A DNA stretch of 32,000 bases from Coprobacillaceae bacterium (GCA_963675915.1 OY780959.1:1170001-1202000); one strand, 5' to 3'; numbered from the stretch's first letter, positions 16,960 to 25,811 are shown. Translations and numbers: made by a program. The notes: generated by a model from the letters alone, not told the origin.

Positions 16960-17151
16960 ACTGGTATTTAATTGAAAATCATCTTTTAAAAATCATGTGA
17001 TAATATTATACCACGATTTTCACCACTTCGTAAATCAGGAATGAACCAATTAGTACCCCTGATAATCGCACCTGAGGCAACCTGGGGCAACATTGCTTGA
17101 ATGCAGCCATCTATGATACAATTGACAAAACAAATAAAGGAGAGAAAATTT

Positions 17152-17520
17152 ATGGCATCAGCAAGAGAAGCACAAATCAACTGGATCTTCAACCGGACCG
17201 TGGATCCAACACCTGATTTAAAGGAAATGTTAGTAGCTGGAGAAGAGATCAAAGTATGTTACGCAACGGTTCGGGATATCGCCATGTTGACAAACAAAAG
17301 AATCGTCATCCGCGACAAACAGGGTCTTACCGGTAAGAAAATCGAAACTTATTCCCTGCCATTTAGATCAATTGACATGTGGTCAATCGAAAATGCCGGA
17401 CGTCTGGATTTAACCGCCGAGGTTGAATTATGGACCAAAGCCGGTCATTTCAAAATCAATTTAAAAAAGGGAGCTGACATCCAAGCCTTCAACGATGCTT
17501 TGGCTGAAGCAATCCTTTAA
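17152..17520 (+). CDS. Bacterial PH-domain protein (bPH_1/DUF1696-like, about 122 aa)
   Basis: AAAGGAGAG SD precedes ATG 17152. The motif run LTNKRIVIRDKQGLTGKKIETYSLPFRSIDMWSIENAGRLDLTAEVELW is typical of the family. Confidence 0.8.
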   Translation: MASAREAQINWIFNRTVDPTPDLKEMLVAGEEIKVCYATVRDIAMLTNKRIVIRDKQGLTGKKIETYSLPFRSIDMWSIENAGRLDLTAEVELWTKAGHFKINLKKGADIQAFNDALAEAIL

Positions 17521-17535
17521 ACATTCATCAAGACC

Positions 17536-17563
17536 AAAAACGGCTCATTGAGTCGTTTTTTTA
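17536..17563 (+). terminator. Terminator of the bPH gene
   Basis: AAAACGGCTC (17537..17546) pairs with GAGTCGTTTT (17550..17559) and is followed by a T-run. Confidence 0.7.
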
Positions 17564-17682
17564 TTGTGATAATGATCCCCCTCACCTAGTACCAATTGCT
17601 CAAAGGCGATTGCTGTGCTACAATTTAGTTAGAACTAGAACTGTAAAAATGACCGGTGAAATTAATCAAGGAAGGTGATTTT

Positions 17683-17874
17683 ATGAAAGCTGTTAAAACC
17701 GGATTTTTTTATGTAGTCAAAATCATTTCCATTTTCATTATTGTTTTTGGGATCATTGGACTTGGACTAAGTCCTGGTGCAGGTTTGCTTTCGCTAAGTG
17801 TCGGCATTCTCCTTTTGATCCTCAGCAACAAAGCACTGAAAAATTCTAACAAAAAGCCAAAGCATAATGATTGA
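17683..17874 (+). CDS. Small two-TM membrane protein (63 aa)
   Basis: An AAGGAAGGTG SD precedes ATG 17683. Two hydrophobic helices are followed by a basic tail. The stop is TGA. Confidence 0.55.
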   Translation: MKAVKTGFFYVVKIISIFIIVFGIIGLGLSPGAGLLSLSVGILLLILSNKALKNSNKKPKHND

Positions 17875-17977
17875 CCTGTTCAACAAGGTAAAACTATTTC
17901 AGTTGTCATTGTTTAAAAAAATGTGATCCTTACCCGGGGGAAGAATCACAAAATAATTAAGATATTTTTATAAACTG

Positions 17978-18208
17978 CTAATTATCACCTTTTTTGAACG
18001 CTATCTTGATTATAATGTAAGCCAAAACAATTCCGACCACCAAACCGACAAGCACGCCAATCTTCCCTCAGGCTTGTTCACCATAACTATTATTGAACTG
18101 GATTTGAGGATTGGATATTCCCCGATTCATCCCATCCAAGGCGCCCAGAAAAACTGATGTGTAAACGACAACTATTGCTCCAATTACTCCCAGTACTTTT
18201 CGGTTCAT
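17978..18208 (-). pseudogene. Small two-TM, glycine-rich membrane protein interrupted by an in-frame TGA
   Basis: A GGAG SD precedes ATG 18208. The translation is MNRKVLGVIGAIVVVYTSVFLGALDGMNRGISNPQIQFNNSYGEQA*GKIGVLVGLVVGIVLAYIIIKIAFKKGDN, with TGA at 18070..18068. Its architecture resembles the upstream neighbour at 18256..18456. Confidence 0.4.
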
Positions 18209-18255
18209 TTTCTGATACTCCATCATCTCAATTTGGATGTATACGAGAACCCGAT

Positions 18256-18456
18256 TTAACCGCGGTTTCGATTAAGGTATTTCAAAGCCAGTCCAACTCC
18301 GATTACAAAACCGATAAAACCACCAGATTCACCTCCGGAATATGCCCCCAATGACGGTATTCCATTACCGATAAGAAACCCAATTATTGCTGCTATAAGA
18401 CTACAGCCAAATATAATTGCAACTGCAAAAGCCAATCTCCAGATCTTGTCGACCAT
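18256..18456 (-). CDS. Small two-TM glycine-zipper-like membrane protein (66 aa)
   Basis: A GGGAGTG SD lies 6 nt before ATG 18456 (the ORF track starts 5 codons earlier). The translation is MVDKIWRLAFAVAIIFGCSLIAAIIGFLIGNG...GGFIGFVIGVGLALKYL. Confidence 0.55.
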   Translation of the reverse strand: MVDKIWRLAFAVAIIFGCSLIAAIIGFLIGNGIPSLGAYSGGESGGFIGFVIGVGLALKYLNRNRG

Positions 18457-18723
18457 ATTTATCACTCCCATCTAGATTGGATGCAACAAAAAAATAATTA
18501 TCATAACAACATATCACTTGATACTATTATTCTAACCCAACCAATCTATTTATTCAACAAATCGGAAATATTTTCTCACAATCCCACAATTGGAGTGATT
18601 AATCTCCAATCATCTCTCAAAGTCCAATAGATTTCCCGGCCAGAATCCCCCTTAAAGTCAAATTCAATCGATCATTTCGATATTTTTTGGAATTTATCCG
18701 AAATTTGGTTTTTTCAGTAAACC

Positions 18724-18752
18724 TTGAAATAGGGAAACCAATGTGGTATTCT
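18724..18752 (+). promoter_or_regulatory. Candidate sigma-A promoter of phnA (extended -10)
   Basis: TTGAAA (18724..18729)-N17-TATTCT (18747..18752), with TG at -15/-14. The leader contains a GCACG...CGTGC hairpin. Confidence 0.5.
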
Positions 18753-18815
18753 ATGAAAGCACGGCGAAAATTGAGTTCTTCTTCGTGCCAAAAACAAAAG
18801 AATGGAGATATATTA

Positions 18816-19154
18816 ATGGAAGATTTCCCAAATTGTCCAAAGTGCAATTCCCAATACACATACCATGACGGAACGTTATACGTTTGTCCTGAGTGTGGTT
18901 ATGAATGGACTGCATTCGAAGAAGAAAACGCAGCCGAAGAAAACGTTGTCCGTGACGCTAACGGAAACATCTTGAATGATGGTGATTCAGTAACCATCAT
19001 CAAAGACTTGAAAGTAAAAGGAAGCTCAACACCACTGAAAATGGGTACCAAAGTCAAAAGCATCCGCCTGGTTGACGGAGATCATAACATCGATTGTAAA
19101 ATCGACGGTTTCGGTGCAATGCAACTGAAATCAGAATTCGTCAAAAAATTATAA
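18816..19154 (+). CDS. phnA: PhnA-family zinc-ribbon protein
   Basis: A GGAG SD precedes ATG 18816. The sequence [25 protein letters not shown]...[65 protein letters not shown] is near-canonical PhnA. The ORF track's upstream extension is unlikely to be translated. Confidence 0.9.
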   Translation: MEDFPNCPKCNSQYTYHDGTLYVCPECGYEWTAFEEENAAEENVVRDANGNILNDGDSVTIIKDLKVKGSSTPLKMGTKVKSIRLVDGDHNIDCKIDGFGAMQLKSEFVKKL

Positions 19155-19170
19155 TAATCTCTTTGAAAGC

Positions 19171-19196
19171 AACGGGCCGTTTAACGGTTCGTTTTT
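19171..19196 (+). terminator. Terminator of phnA
   Basis: ACGGGCCGT pairs with ACGGTTCGT (two G-U pairs) and is followed by T5. Confidence 0.55.
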
Positions 19197-19339
19197 CATT
19201 TTTAGACAACAAAGTCCAAGTAGCGGTCAACAGCTCGCCATTTATGAATATTTTTATCGAATAGTCGTTTGTTGTTCCCATATCCGGTTAAGGGTGATAC
19301 AATAATGTTAAAATTTTTGAACATTACAGGAGACCCAAT

Positions 19340-20323
19340 ATGGATAAAAGAAACCGGCTCTTCGCCAAGAATAATCCTGATGAGATCAAGTCATCAGAAA
19401 AAACGAAGCAAATCGAATCATCTAATAATAGCTTATTCAATTTAAAACGGTTTTCTTATCTGATTATCACGGCCCTGTTGATTTTGGGAATTACCGGATG
19501 TGACACCAGCGACAGCTCTGCCAACATTGAAACCAGTGCGGTTTCAACCAGTCACGATGATGATTCCGGGGTAGCCGCCAGTTCCAACCCAACCCAGTCA
19601 GACGATATTGATTTTGCTGGGTACCGGCTGATTGAAGTTGCCGGCGGCAATCTTTCCGGACAGCGCGAGCCTAACGTAGTTGTTGATATCGGTTTTGGTT
19701 ACCGGGAATACTGGGCCTTCACCAATGAATACGGTCAACTGATCAAGGTCACCGCAGCTAGAATCACTTTGCAGGATGAATCAGTTGAACCAGTGACTGA
19801 CTCGGGCCGCTATTATCCCGATGAGGCAAAAGTCCCGGGAACTGAAAGTCCGGTACTTGATGAAGGTCATGTCATCGCCGATAGTCTGGGCGGCGTTTCC
19901 AACGCATACAACATCACTCCCCAAGACAGCACCTTAAACCGCTATGGGGACCAGGCCTATATGGAAAAAGTCATTCGCGACGCTAATGGCTGCAGCGATT
20001 TTACAGCAATAATCACCTATCCTGATACCCAGACCCAGATACCAAGTCACTACAGTTTCACCTACACCATCAATGGCAATGTTATCCATGATGAATTTGA
20101 CAATATCGATCCCGAATCGGTCTCCACCAATGACCAAACCAACCCGGTTACCGATTCCACCGAAGACCACAGCAGGGATTTGGCAAAGATAGATGCCAAT
20201 GGAAACGGCACAGTAACTATTGCTGAAGCCAAGGCCGCCGGTTTTACCATGCCTATCCATTCTGATTTCTGGCTCTATGACTACATGATTGATGGTGATG
20301 GTGACGGTCTGGTCGGAGAGTAA
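19340..20323 (+). CDS. Secreted lipoprotein nuclease: Endonuclease_NS_2-type (EssD/YeeF-like fold) DNA/RNA non-specific endonuclease domain plus a C-terminal Excalibur Ca-binding domain
   Basis: AGGAGA SD. A lipobox is present (LLILGITGC). The nuclease core reads DEGHVIADSLGGVSNAYNITPQDSTLNRYGDQAYME. The C-terminus TIAEAKAAGFTMPIHSDFWLYDYMIDGDGDGLVGE matches the Excalibur DxDxDG pattern. Confidence 0.8.
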   Translation: MDKRNRLFAKNNPDEIKSSEKTKQIESSNNSLFNLKRFSYLIITALLILGITGCDTSDSSANIETSAVSTSHDDDSGVAASSNPTQSDDIDFAGYRLIEVAGGNLSGQREPNVVVDIGFGYREYWAFTNEYGQLIKVTAARITLQDESVEPVTDSGRYYPDEAKVPGTESPVLDEGHVIADSLGGVSNAYNITPQDSTLNRYGDQAYMEKVIRDANGCSDFTAIITYPDTQTQIPSHYSFTYTINGNVIHDEFDNIDPESVSTNDQTNPVTDSTEDHSRDLAKIDANGNGTVTIAEAKAAGFTMPIHSDFWLYDYMIDGDGDGLVGE

Positions 20324-20360
20324 TCCGCCTTCGCCTTCTCCTTCAAACCCCGTAATAGAC

Positions 20361-20385
20361 AAAGCAGCCCCGAGCTGCTTTTTTC
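20361..20385 (+). terminator. Terminator of the nuclease gene
   Basis: AAGCAGC (20362..20368) pairs with GCTGCTT (20374..20380) and is followed by T-run. Confidence 0.65.
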
Positions 20386-20473
20386 ATTAAACTTGCCTTT
20401 GATTGTCAACAGGATTAAAATGAGTATATAAGATATTATCATCTTTTCATTTTAATCTGAAATGAGGTGCCCT

Positions 20474-20923
20474 ATGAAAAACAAACTGGAAATAATCGAA
20501 TTGATTTCGCAATTTGATCCTAAAATTGCAAAAAGGATGGATCTGGACACGATTATCAAAATGATGGAAAAACTCGAAGAACATTCGATAAACGACCTGA
20601 AAATTGATCTGATGACTCAGGAAATCAAAAATATCCTGATTGAATCACTAAAGGCAAAGAAATTTCAAAAAAAAGAATTTCGGATGGTCAGACACAATCT
20701 GACCGGCTATGTCCGTAAAGAGTATGGACTGGTACCAGCAGAATACTATCTTTATCTCTATTTTCCTTTTGGATTGCTGCTTGGTGCGGGAATCGGTGTG
20801 CCTTTGATGATAGCCGTTAATGTAGTCTTCTTGGCTGTATTTATCGGAGCCGGAGTAACTATCTCAATCGCGATTGGCTCGTCATTGGACAATGAGGCAA
20901 AAAAAGAAGGACGGGTCTACTAA
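20474..20923 (+). CDS. Hypothetical protein with an N-terminal helical cytoplasmic domain and two C-terminal TM helices
   Basis: A GAGGTG SD precedes ATG 20474 (MKNKLEII...). The TM region is YLYLYFPFGLLLGAGIGVPLMIAVNVVFLAVFIGAGVTISIAIG. I recognise no family. Confidence 0.6.
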   Translation: MKNKLEIIELISQFDPKIAKRMDLDTIIKMMEKLEEHSINDLKIDLMTQEIKNILIESLKAKKFQKKEFRMVRHNLTGYVRKEYGLVPAEYYLYLYFPFGLLLGAGIGVPLMIAVNVVFLAVFIGAGVTISIAIGSSLDNEAKKEGRVY

Positions 20924-20933
20924 AATCAACCTT

Positions 20934-20971
20934 AAAACGGGCATTCGCAAAATCTGCGAATGCCCGTTTTT
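20934..20971. terminator. Bidirectional terminator between convergent genes
   Basis: A 13-bp perfect stem, ACGGGCATTCGCA (20937..20949) paired with TGCGAATGCCCGT (20955..20967), is flanked by an A-run and a T-run. Confidence 0.8.
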
Positions 20972-20996
20972 CCCTTTCCAACCGTCAATTGGAAGA

Positions 20997-21503
20997 TTAA
21001 AATACCTGATAATTGTCTTTGGCTGATTGTAACACGGTTTTTTCCAGCCCTTGTTTGTAGCGTTCAACTGCCTGATAAACAACATCATCTGACACTCCTA
21101 GAATTTGGGCTGCCAGAATTCCCGCATTTTTAGCCCCGTTGATAGCCACAGTCGCCACCGGAATTCCTCCAGGCATTTGGACAATTGAATAAAGAGCGTC
21201 AACACCACTTAAATCACCGACCTTGACTGGAACTCCAATCACTGGAATTGCCGTCAATGCCGCTGTCATTCCCGGAAGATGAGCCGCACCTCCAGCTCCG
21301 GCGATAATAACTTGGATTCCTCGGCTTTTAGCCTCTCTGGCATATTCAACCAAACGATCAGGAGTCCGATGTGCCGAGACGATGGCAACTTCATGAGAAA
21401 TTCCCAATTCCTGTAAAATTTCCGATGCACTTTTCATCACGCTCATGTCGGATTGGCTCCCCATGATTATTCCTACTACCGGTTTTACATTATTGTTTTC
21501 CAT
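20997..21503 (-). CDS. purE: N5-carboxyaminoimidazole ribonucleotide mutase
   Basis: [17 protein letters not shown]...[14 protein letters not shown]...[14 protein letters not shown] is canonical class I PurE. Confidence 0.95.
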   Translation of the reverse strand: MENNNVKPVVGIIMGSQSDMSVMKSASEILQELGISHEVAIVSAHRTPDRLVEYAREAKSRGIQVIIAGAGGAAHLPGMTAALTAIPVIGVPVKVGDLSGVDALYSIVQMPGGIPVATVAINGAKNAGILAAQILGVSDDVVYQAVERYKQGLEKTVLQSAKDNYQVF

Positions 21504-21505
21504 AA

Positions 21506-22663
21506 TTACTCTCCATTTCTTTTCATTATTTTCATAGCGCGGGCCGCTTTTTCCCGGGCCTCATTCAAATCGTTGGCAAGCACGGTAAGATGTCCCATTT
21601 TCCGTTTCGGTTTGGCTTCTTTCTTGCCATATAGGTGAAGTTTCAAACCTTCGATGCTCAATACCTCATCGACTCCAACTGTCAGCATAGCTCCCCAATA
21701 ATCATCTTGACCAATAAGATTGCGCATAACCACTGGCATCAACAAATCAGTTTTTCCCAGGGGCAAACCAACCACCGCGCGAATATGGTTTTCAAACTGC
21801 GAAGTCAGACATCCTTCGATGGTATAATGACCGGAATTATGTGGTCTTGGAGCCACTTCATTTACCAGCAGATCACCATTTTGAGTCACAAATAATTCGA
21901 CACACAAAACGCCAACCGTACCGAAGATGTCATACACTTCTCTGGCAATCCGATCTACTGCGAAATTTTGATTATCATCAAGTTGGGCTGGAACCATAGT
22001 TTCATCCAAAATACTCTGTTTATGGATGTTTTGAGCAATCGGATAAGTCACTACCTCACCACTTAGTCCCCCACAGCAAATGACTGAAATCTCCTTGCTA
22101 AAATTGACAAACTTTTCAACATATAAAATCCCGTCAAATCCGCCAAGTTCTTGCACCGCACTTTCAATCTCTTCAACTGATTTTACCACGGCATTTCCCT
22201 TGCCATCATAGGCTCCCAAGGCATTTTTAATCATCAAAGGATAACCGTATTTATCACCAGCTTCTTTGATATCAGCGATACTTGCAACCGCCATAAACTC
22301 TCCAACCGGGATTCCATGACTTTCAAGTTCGCATTTTTGGACCAATTTGTTTTGGATCGACTCTAACACCTTTGACGATGGATATACTTCATATCCCTCC
22401 TCTTCAAGTTTGCTTAGTGCTTCAGTCGAAATATGTTCAAATTCACAGGTCAGCACATCGGTTTGTTGCGCCAATTCAAGTAGCGCATCATAATCATCAA
22501 ATTCTCCTACAATGCTTTGCGAGGCCAAAGCAATTCCTGGACTGGTTCCATCAGGATCGAGAACCACAGTATGGATTCCCATTTGCGATGCCGCTTGCAC
22601 CATCATCTTCCCTAGTTGTCCCCCACCGATAATTCCAACCTTCTTTGAAAAGTAATCTATCAT
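21506..22663 (-). CDS. purK: N5-carboxyaminoimidazole ribonucleotide synthase (ATP-grasp)
   Basis: [14 protein letters not shown], an ATP-grasp core, and [14 protein letters not shown] are present. The gene lies immediately upstream of purE. AGGAGG SD. Confidence 0.95.
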   Translation of the reverse strand: MIDYFSKKVGIIGGGQLGKMMVQAASQMGIHTVVLDPDGTSPGIALASQSIVGEFDDYDALLELAQQTDVLTCEFEHISTEALSKLEEEGYEVYPSSKVLESIQNKLVQKCELESHGIPVGEFMAVASIADIKEAGDKYGYPLMIKNALGAYDGKGNAVVKSVEEIESAVQELGGFDGILYVEKFVNFSKEISVICCGGLSGEVVTYPIAQNIHKQSILDETMVPAQLDDNQNFAVDRIAREVYDIFGTVGVLCVELFVTQNGDLLVNEVAPRPHNSGHYTIEGCLTSQFENHIRAVVGLPLGKTDLLMPVVMRNLIGQDDYWGAMLTVGVDEVLSIEGLKLHLYGKKEAKPKRKMGHLTVLANDLNEAREKAARAMKIMKRNGE

Positions 22664-22697
22664 TTGTAAAGCCTCCTGTAATATTTATTTGCCTTTG

Positions 22698-22751
22698 AAA
22701 AACAAAAAAGCCAATCACTATAATCCCAAAAAAGGAACATGTGATCGGCTT
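22698..22751 (-). promoter_or_regulatory. Leader terminator (putative attenuator) about 35 nt upstream of the purK start codon
   Basis: On the - strand, AAGCCGATCAC (rc 22741..22751) pairs with GTGATTGGCTT (rc 22708..22718) and is followed by TTTTTTGTTTTT. An upstream CCAATCA (rc 22758..22764) could pair with the 3' half of the stem instead. Confidence 0.4.
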
Positions 22752-23319
22752 ACTATATGATTGGTTTATAACCCTTCGTCAAGTCTTCCTGTTATTTTCA
22801 ACAATTTAATCCATTAACTATGCGAATGATCAACTAGAACTCGGTTTAATCAACTCCGTTTGAAAATCTCCGTCTTGCTTCATCGATTAATGATTCAAGA
22901 AAGCTACTTTATTACCGGCTTCATTGAGCTCTTGTTATATCCACATTTGCCTTTTTACATTATCATATCGAAAAATACCTGTCAACATATAAATAGAATC
23001 ATTCTCAATTACCCAAGGAAAAAAGTGAATTTTGGATAGTGATGCGATCACATCTTCTCTTTGATCAGATTGGTTGACAAGGAGGCAAGAAGGCCTAATC
23101 GCTATCGTAATACGATTATTTCGATGTAATCGAACTTTTTTGAAATCTTGTTATTTATCTTGATTTTTCAAGGGCTAAAACTACGCCACACCCCTAAAAA
23201 ATATTCAAAAAAATTGTAAAAATCACTTTAATTTTTTTGAAACTGTGGTATACTAATCAAGTCAGCAAAATACTGTTTATTAATGACATGTATTGCTGTA
23301 CAAGACTAACTATATAAAT

Positions 23320-23404
23320 GCGGGTATGGCGAAACTGGCAGACGCACTAGAATCAGGATCTAGCGCCTTACGGCATGCAGGTTCAAGTCCTGTTACCCGC
23401 ACCA
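23320..23404 (+). tRNA. tRNA-Leu (anticodon CAG), class II with a long variable arm and an encoded CCA
   Basis: The cloverleaf folds by hand. Acceptor GCGGGTA pairs with TACCCGC. The D-stem is GCG/CGC. The anticodon stem CTAGA/TCTAG carries the loop AUCAGGA. The variable arm is GCC-TTAC-GGC. The T-loop is GGTTCAAGTCC. The 3' end is ACCA. Confidence 0.9.
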
Positions 23405-23415
23405 AACTTAAAAAT

Positions 23416-23439
23416 AACAGCTATAATGGCTGTTTTTTT
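23416..23439 (+). terminator. Terminator after tRNA-Leu
   Basis: AACAGC pairs with GCTGTT around a short loop and is followed by T7. Confidence 0.6.
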
Positions 23440-23511
23440 GTATATAAACCGTACCCTTAATTGGCGTATAAGCGAACTTATTGGTTACTAACATATTTGC
23501 TTATTACAAAT

Positions 23512-23547
23512 AAAAAACACAATTTTTTCTTAGAATTGTGTTTTTTT
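23512..23547. terminator. Bidirectional terminator downstream of the anti-sigma gene
   Basis: ACACAATT (23517..23524) pairs with AATTGTGT (23534..23541), flanked by A6 and T7. Confidence 0.6.
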
Positions 23548-23627
23548 GCAGTTAACTGATTCACCACTCACTAATAATGCTATTATATATTATTCACCTT
23601 AGTTTTATGATTTGACATATTGAAATC

Positions 23628-24707
23628 CTACGAAAGATACTTTGATAATTTGACTTTATTTATGTACAAACCATATAACTCATTATTATCAAGCATAGTA
23701 AGAAGATCTTGTTTTTTTATGTAGCCTCGCACCCCGATACAAGAAACCCCATTTTCCAGAACATCCTGGTATTGCTGGGACAAATCATTGTACCTTTTGT
23801 AGGCGTTATCTTCGGTTCCTCCATATGAAAAATACGTATTTACTAAATCAAGGAACTCTTCATGATCCAAAAGCAACTTCATTCTAGAAAGATAATTTTC
23901 CACTAAATCAGAAGCAGTATAATCATCTGGTAAAGTCAAATTCGGGTAAATGCTACTATTTGCCCTATTAAGACTGTAACCAGTCGCATCATAAAGTGAG
24001 ATTCCTTTGGCAATTCCAATGGTCCCAGTGGTGGAATTACCCGTTGCCAGCCAGACGAATGAAGAATCGTCATACTTTCTCATAAAACTAACTGCATCTT
24101 CAATTGGCAAAGTATGAAGAAAGCTAAGGGATGCATCCAATATTGCCGATTCAGGTAATTCTTCGATATCTGCGATATTATAATCAGTCACATAATTATG
24201 AGTTGATTCTACCGCTTCGTCATGGTACTCGCCTATAATTCTTGTCAGGATAAGATCTTTAGAACCCACAATGTCGATAGTTGACTTTGATAATGTTAAT
24301 GTAGCGCTGTATTCTTTAGCAACATAAGTAACTTCAAATGCAGATTGAATTAATGCGCTGATTTCATAATTGCCAAATCCTTGTTCATTATACTCAATTG
24401 GGATATAGACAATACCAGGGTAATTCATGCTAAGATATGAACCCATCAATATATTAAAGCCATAAGCCCTTTCGTCAGTAACTGCAAATCCTGTTTCATT
24501 GCCGGGATTGTAATATATTAGATTTAGGCCATAGTAGAGACTGTAGTATCCACCTGTAACAATAATGGATATCACGACCAGAACTTCGATGACTTTGACA
24601 TAAATACGCCGGTTAATACCTCGTTTGATTCGTTTTTTTGTTCGATTTAATTCCATGTCGTTGGATTCTTCATCTCCAAACAACTCCTCCAGTTCATTAT
24701 CATTCAT
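23628..24707 (-). CDS. Putative membrane-spanning anti-sigma factor (short cytoplasmic N-terminus, one TM, large extracytoplasmic domain)
   Basis: The start ATG 24707 overlaps the sigma-factor stop by 8 nt (ATGAATGA), indicating translational coupling. The TM helix is VIEVLVVISIIVTGGYYSLYYGL. Size and layout resemble Bacillus Sigma_reg_N/C-type anti-sigma proteins. No zinc-binding HxxxCxxC motif is present. Confidence 0.6.
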   Translation of the reverse strand: MNDNELEELFGDEESNDMELNRTKKRIKRGINRRIYVKVIEVLVVISIIVTGGYYSLYYGLNLIYYNPGNETGFAVTDERAYGFNILMGSYLSMNYPGIVYIPIEYNEQGFGNYEISALIQSAFEVTYVAKEYSATLTLSKSTIDIVGSKDLILTRIIGEYHDEAVESTHNYVTDYNIADIEELPESAILDASLSFLHTLPIEDAVSFMRKYDDSSFVWLATGNSTTGTIGIAKGISLYDATGYSLNRANSSIYPNLTLPDDYTASDLVENYLSRMKLLLDHEEFLDLVNTYFSYGGTEDNAYKRYNDLSQQYQDVLENGVSCIGVRGYIKKQDLLTMLDNNELYGLYINKVKLSKYLS

Positions 24708-25191
24708 GGTAATTCTCCTTTGCATTTTTTATCAATCTAATTTTAACTCTATGCTTAATAACCCTAATATTCTCAACACTCAGATTAGTAATAGCAGCTA
24801 TTTCGCTGTCAGATAATTCATTTTTAAGGCTGAGCAACATGATTTCTCTATCACGAATTTTCAATTCGAATATCTCTTGATAAAGCCATAATCTTTTCTC
24901 GTCATTAATAACTTTTTCCAATACAGAATCTGGCGATTTATTCAGATCAATATAATCGGAACTTAAGTTGACCTCGTGTTTCTTTTTCCGATATAAATCT
25001 CGGCACTCATTTCTAACCACTCTATATAACCATGCCTTAATATTTCCATCGTTAAAGCTCACGTACGCTTTAATAAAAGCGTTAGCCACAACATCTTTGG
25101 CATCTTCCTTATTGAAAGTGAGCGATAGAGCATATAAAAATAATTGCTGATAACACATGTTATATACTAACTCGAAATCATCATTTATCAT
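24700..25191 (-). CDS. ECF-type RNA polymerase sigma-70 family factor
   Basis: Region 2 reads DVVANAFIKAYVSF...WLYRVVRNECRDLYRKKK. Region 4 HTH reads LSDSEIAAITNLSVENIRVIKHRVKIRL. AGGTGGAG SD. Confidence 0.88.
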   Translation of the reverse strand: MINDDFELVYNMCYQQLFLYALSLTFNKEDAKDVVANAFIKAYVSFNDGNIKAWLYRVVRNECRDLYRKKKHEVNLSSDYIDLNKSPDSVLEKVINDEKRLWLYQEIFELKIRDREIMLLSLKNELSDSEIAAITNLSVENIRVIKHRVKIRLIKNAKENYHE

Positions 25192-25213
25192 ATCTCCACC
25201 TCTCTCATATATA

Positions 25214-25240
25214 TAACGTATTACCCGATGAATAATTACA
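25214..25240 (-). promoter_or_regulatory. Candidate autoregulated ECF-type promoter
   Basis: The - strand reads TGTAAT (rc 25235..25240)-N16-CGTTA (rc 25214..25218). This resembles the Bacillus ECF consensus TGAAAC-N16-CGTA. Confidence 0.3.
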
Positions 25241-25811
25241 TTTTTTTACATATAATATCAAAATTATAACATATTTCACAAAAACATAGATGACTAAATA
25301 CTATATGTGTGTCTTCTTGTGATGATACTCTGTATTTTTGCAAATTAATGACACCATAATCAGATATTGTCATTAATTCAAAAAAATAGTTATTGAACGA
25401 GAAAAGCCCTCTCTATTACTTTTTAAAGTAATCTCAATTCCAGCTAATACGTTGACTTGCCAGAGGGAGTTTTATCGCTCTCTGACTAAGTAGCAACGGG
25501 TTTATCTTATTAGTTTCAGCCCTACTCCCTTGACAAGAAAGTTTCAAATGTAAGTTTAATCGCCATATTTTCAATATTGCGAACCCCTACAATTCTCCAA
25601 TTGTAACCAATATGCAATGAACTTTTCAATGAACTGAAGCTAAAACGTATTGATCTTATCGAACAACACCTCATAGTTTGTGACTTAAAAACTCATCAAA
25701 AAGTTCGTCAATACGAACCATCTCATCACAACCTTAACCAATTTTTATGGGAGGATATTGTTTGTTGATGTGGTATATGTTACAATTTACAATTAACAAG
25801 GGAGGGATTTC

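Noticed and set aside
16986-17252. ORFs 16986..17252 (-), 16182..16367 (+), 16312..16506 (+) and the N-terminal extension of 17101..17520
   Set aside because: They have no SD and overlap better-supported genes or promoter regions. The bPH gene has a clear SD at the internal ATG 17152.
18617-18859. ORF 18617..18859 (-) and the 43-codon N-terminal extension of the phnA ORF (18687..18815)
   Set aside because: The region contains the phnA promoter (TTGAAA-N17-TATTCT) and leader. PhnA homologs begin at the [10 protein letters not shown]-type N-terminus.
19934-20362. The - strand ORFs (142 aa and 62 aa) antisense to the nuclease gene
   Set aside because: They are Gly/Ile-rich shadows of the Asp/Gly-rich sense frame, and the sense gene has an SD, a lipobox and domain motifs.
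21453-22632. The + strand ORFs antisense to purE/purK (21453..21638, 21635..21895, 22372..22632)
   Set aside because: They are antisense to canonical housekeeping genes.
22664-22950. A guanine/adenine (purine) riboswitch, ZTP riboswitch or T-box upstream of purK
   Set aside because: I could not find the conserved purine aptamer core (UAUAAUCGCG..GGAUAUGGC..CCGGGCACCGUAAAUGUCCGACUAUG-like). The ZTP CCGCCUGGGC motif and T-box sequence elements are also absent. Only a generic terminator/antiterminator is visible.
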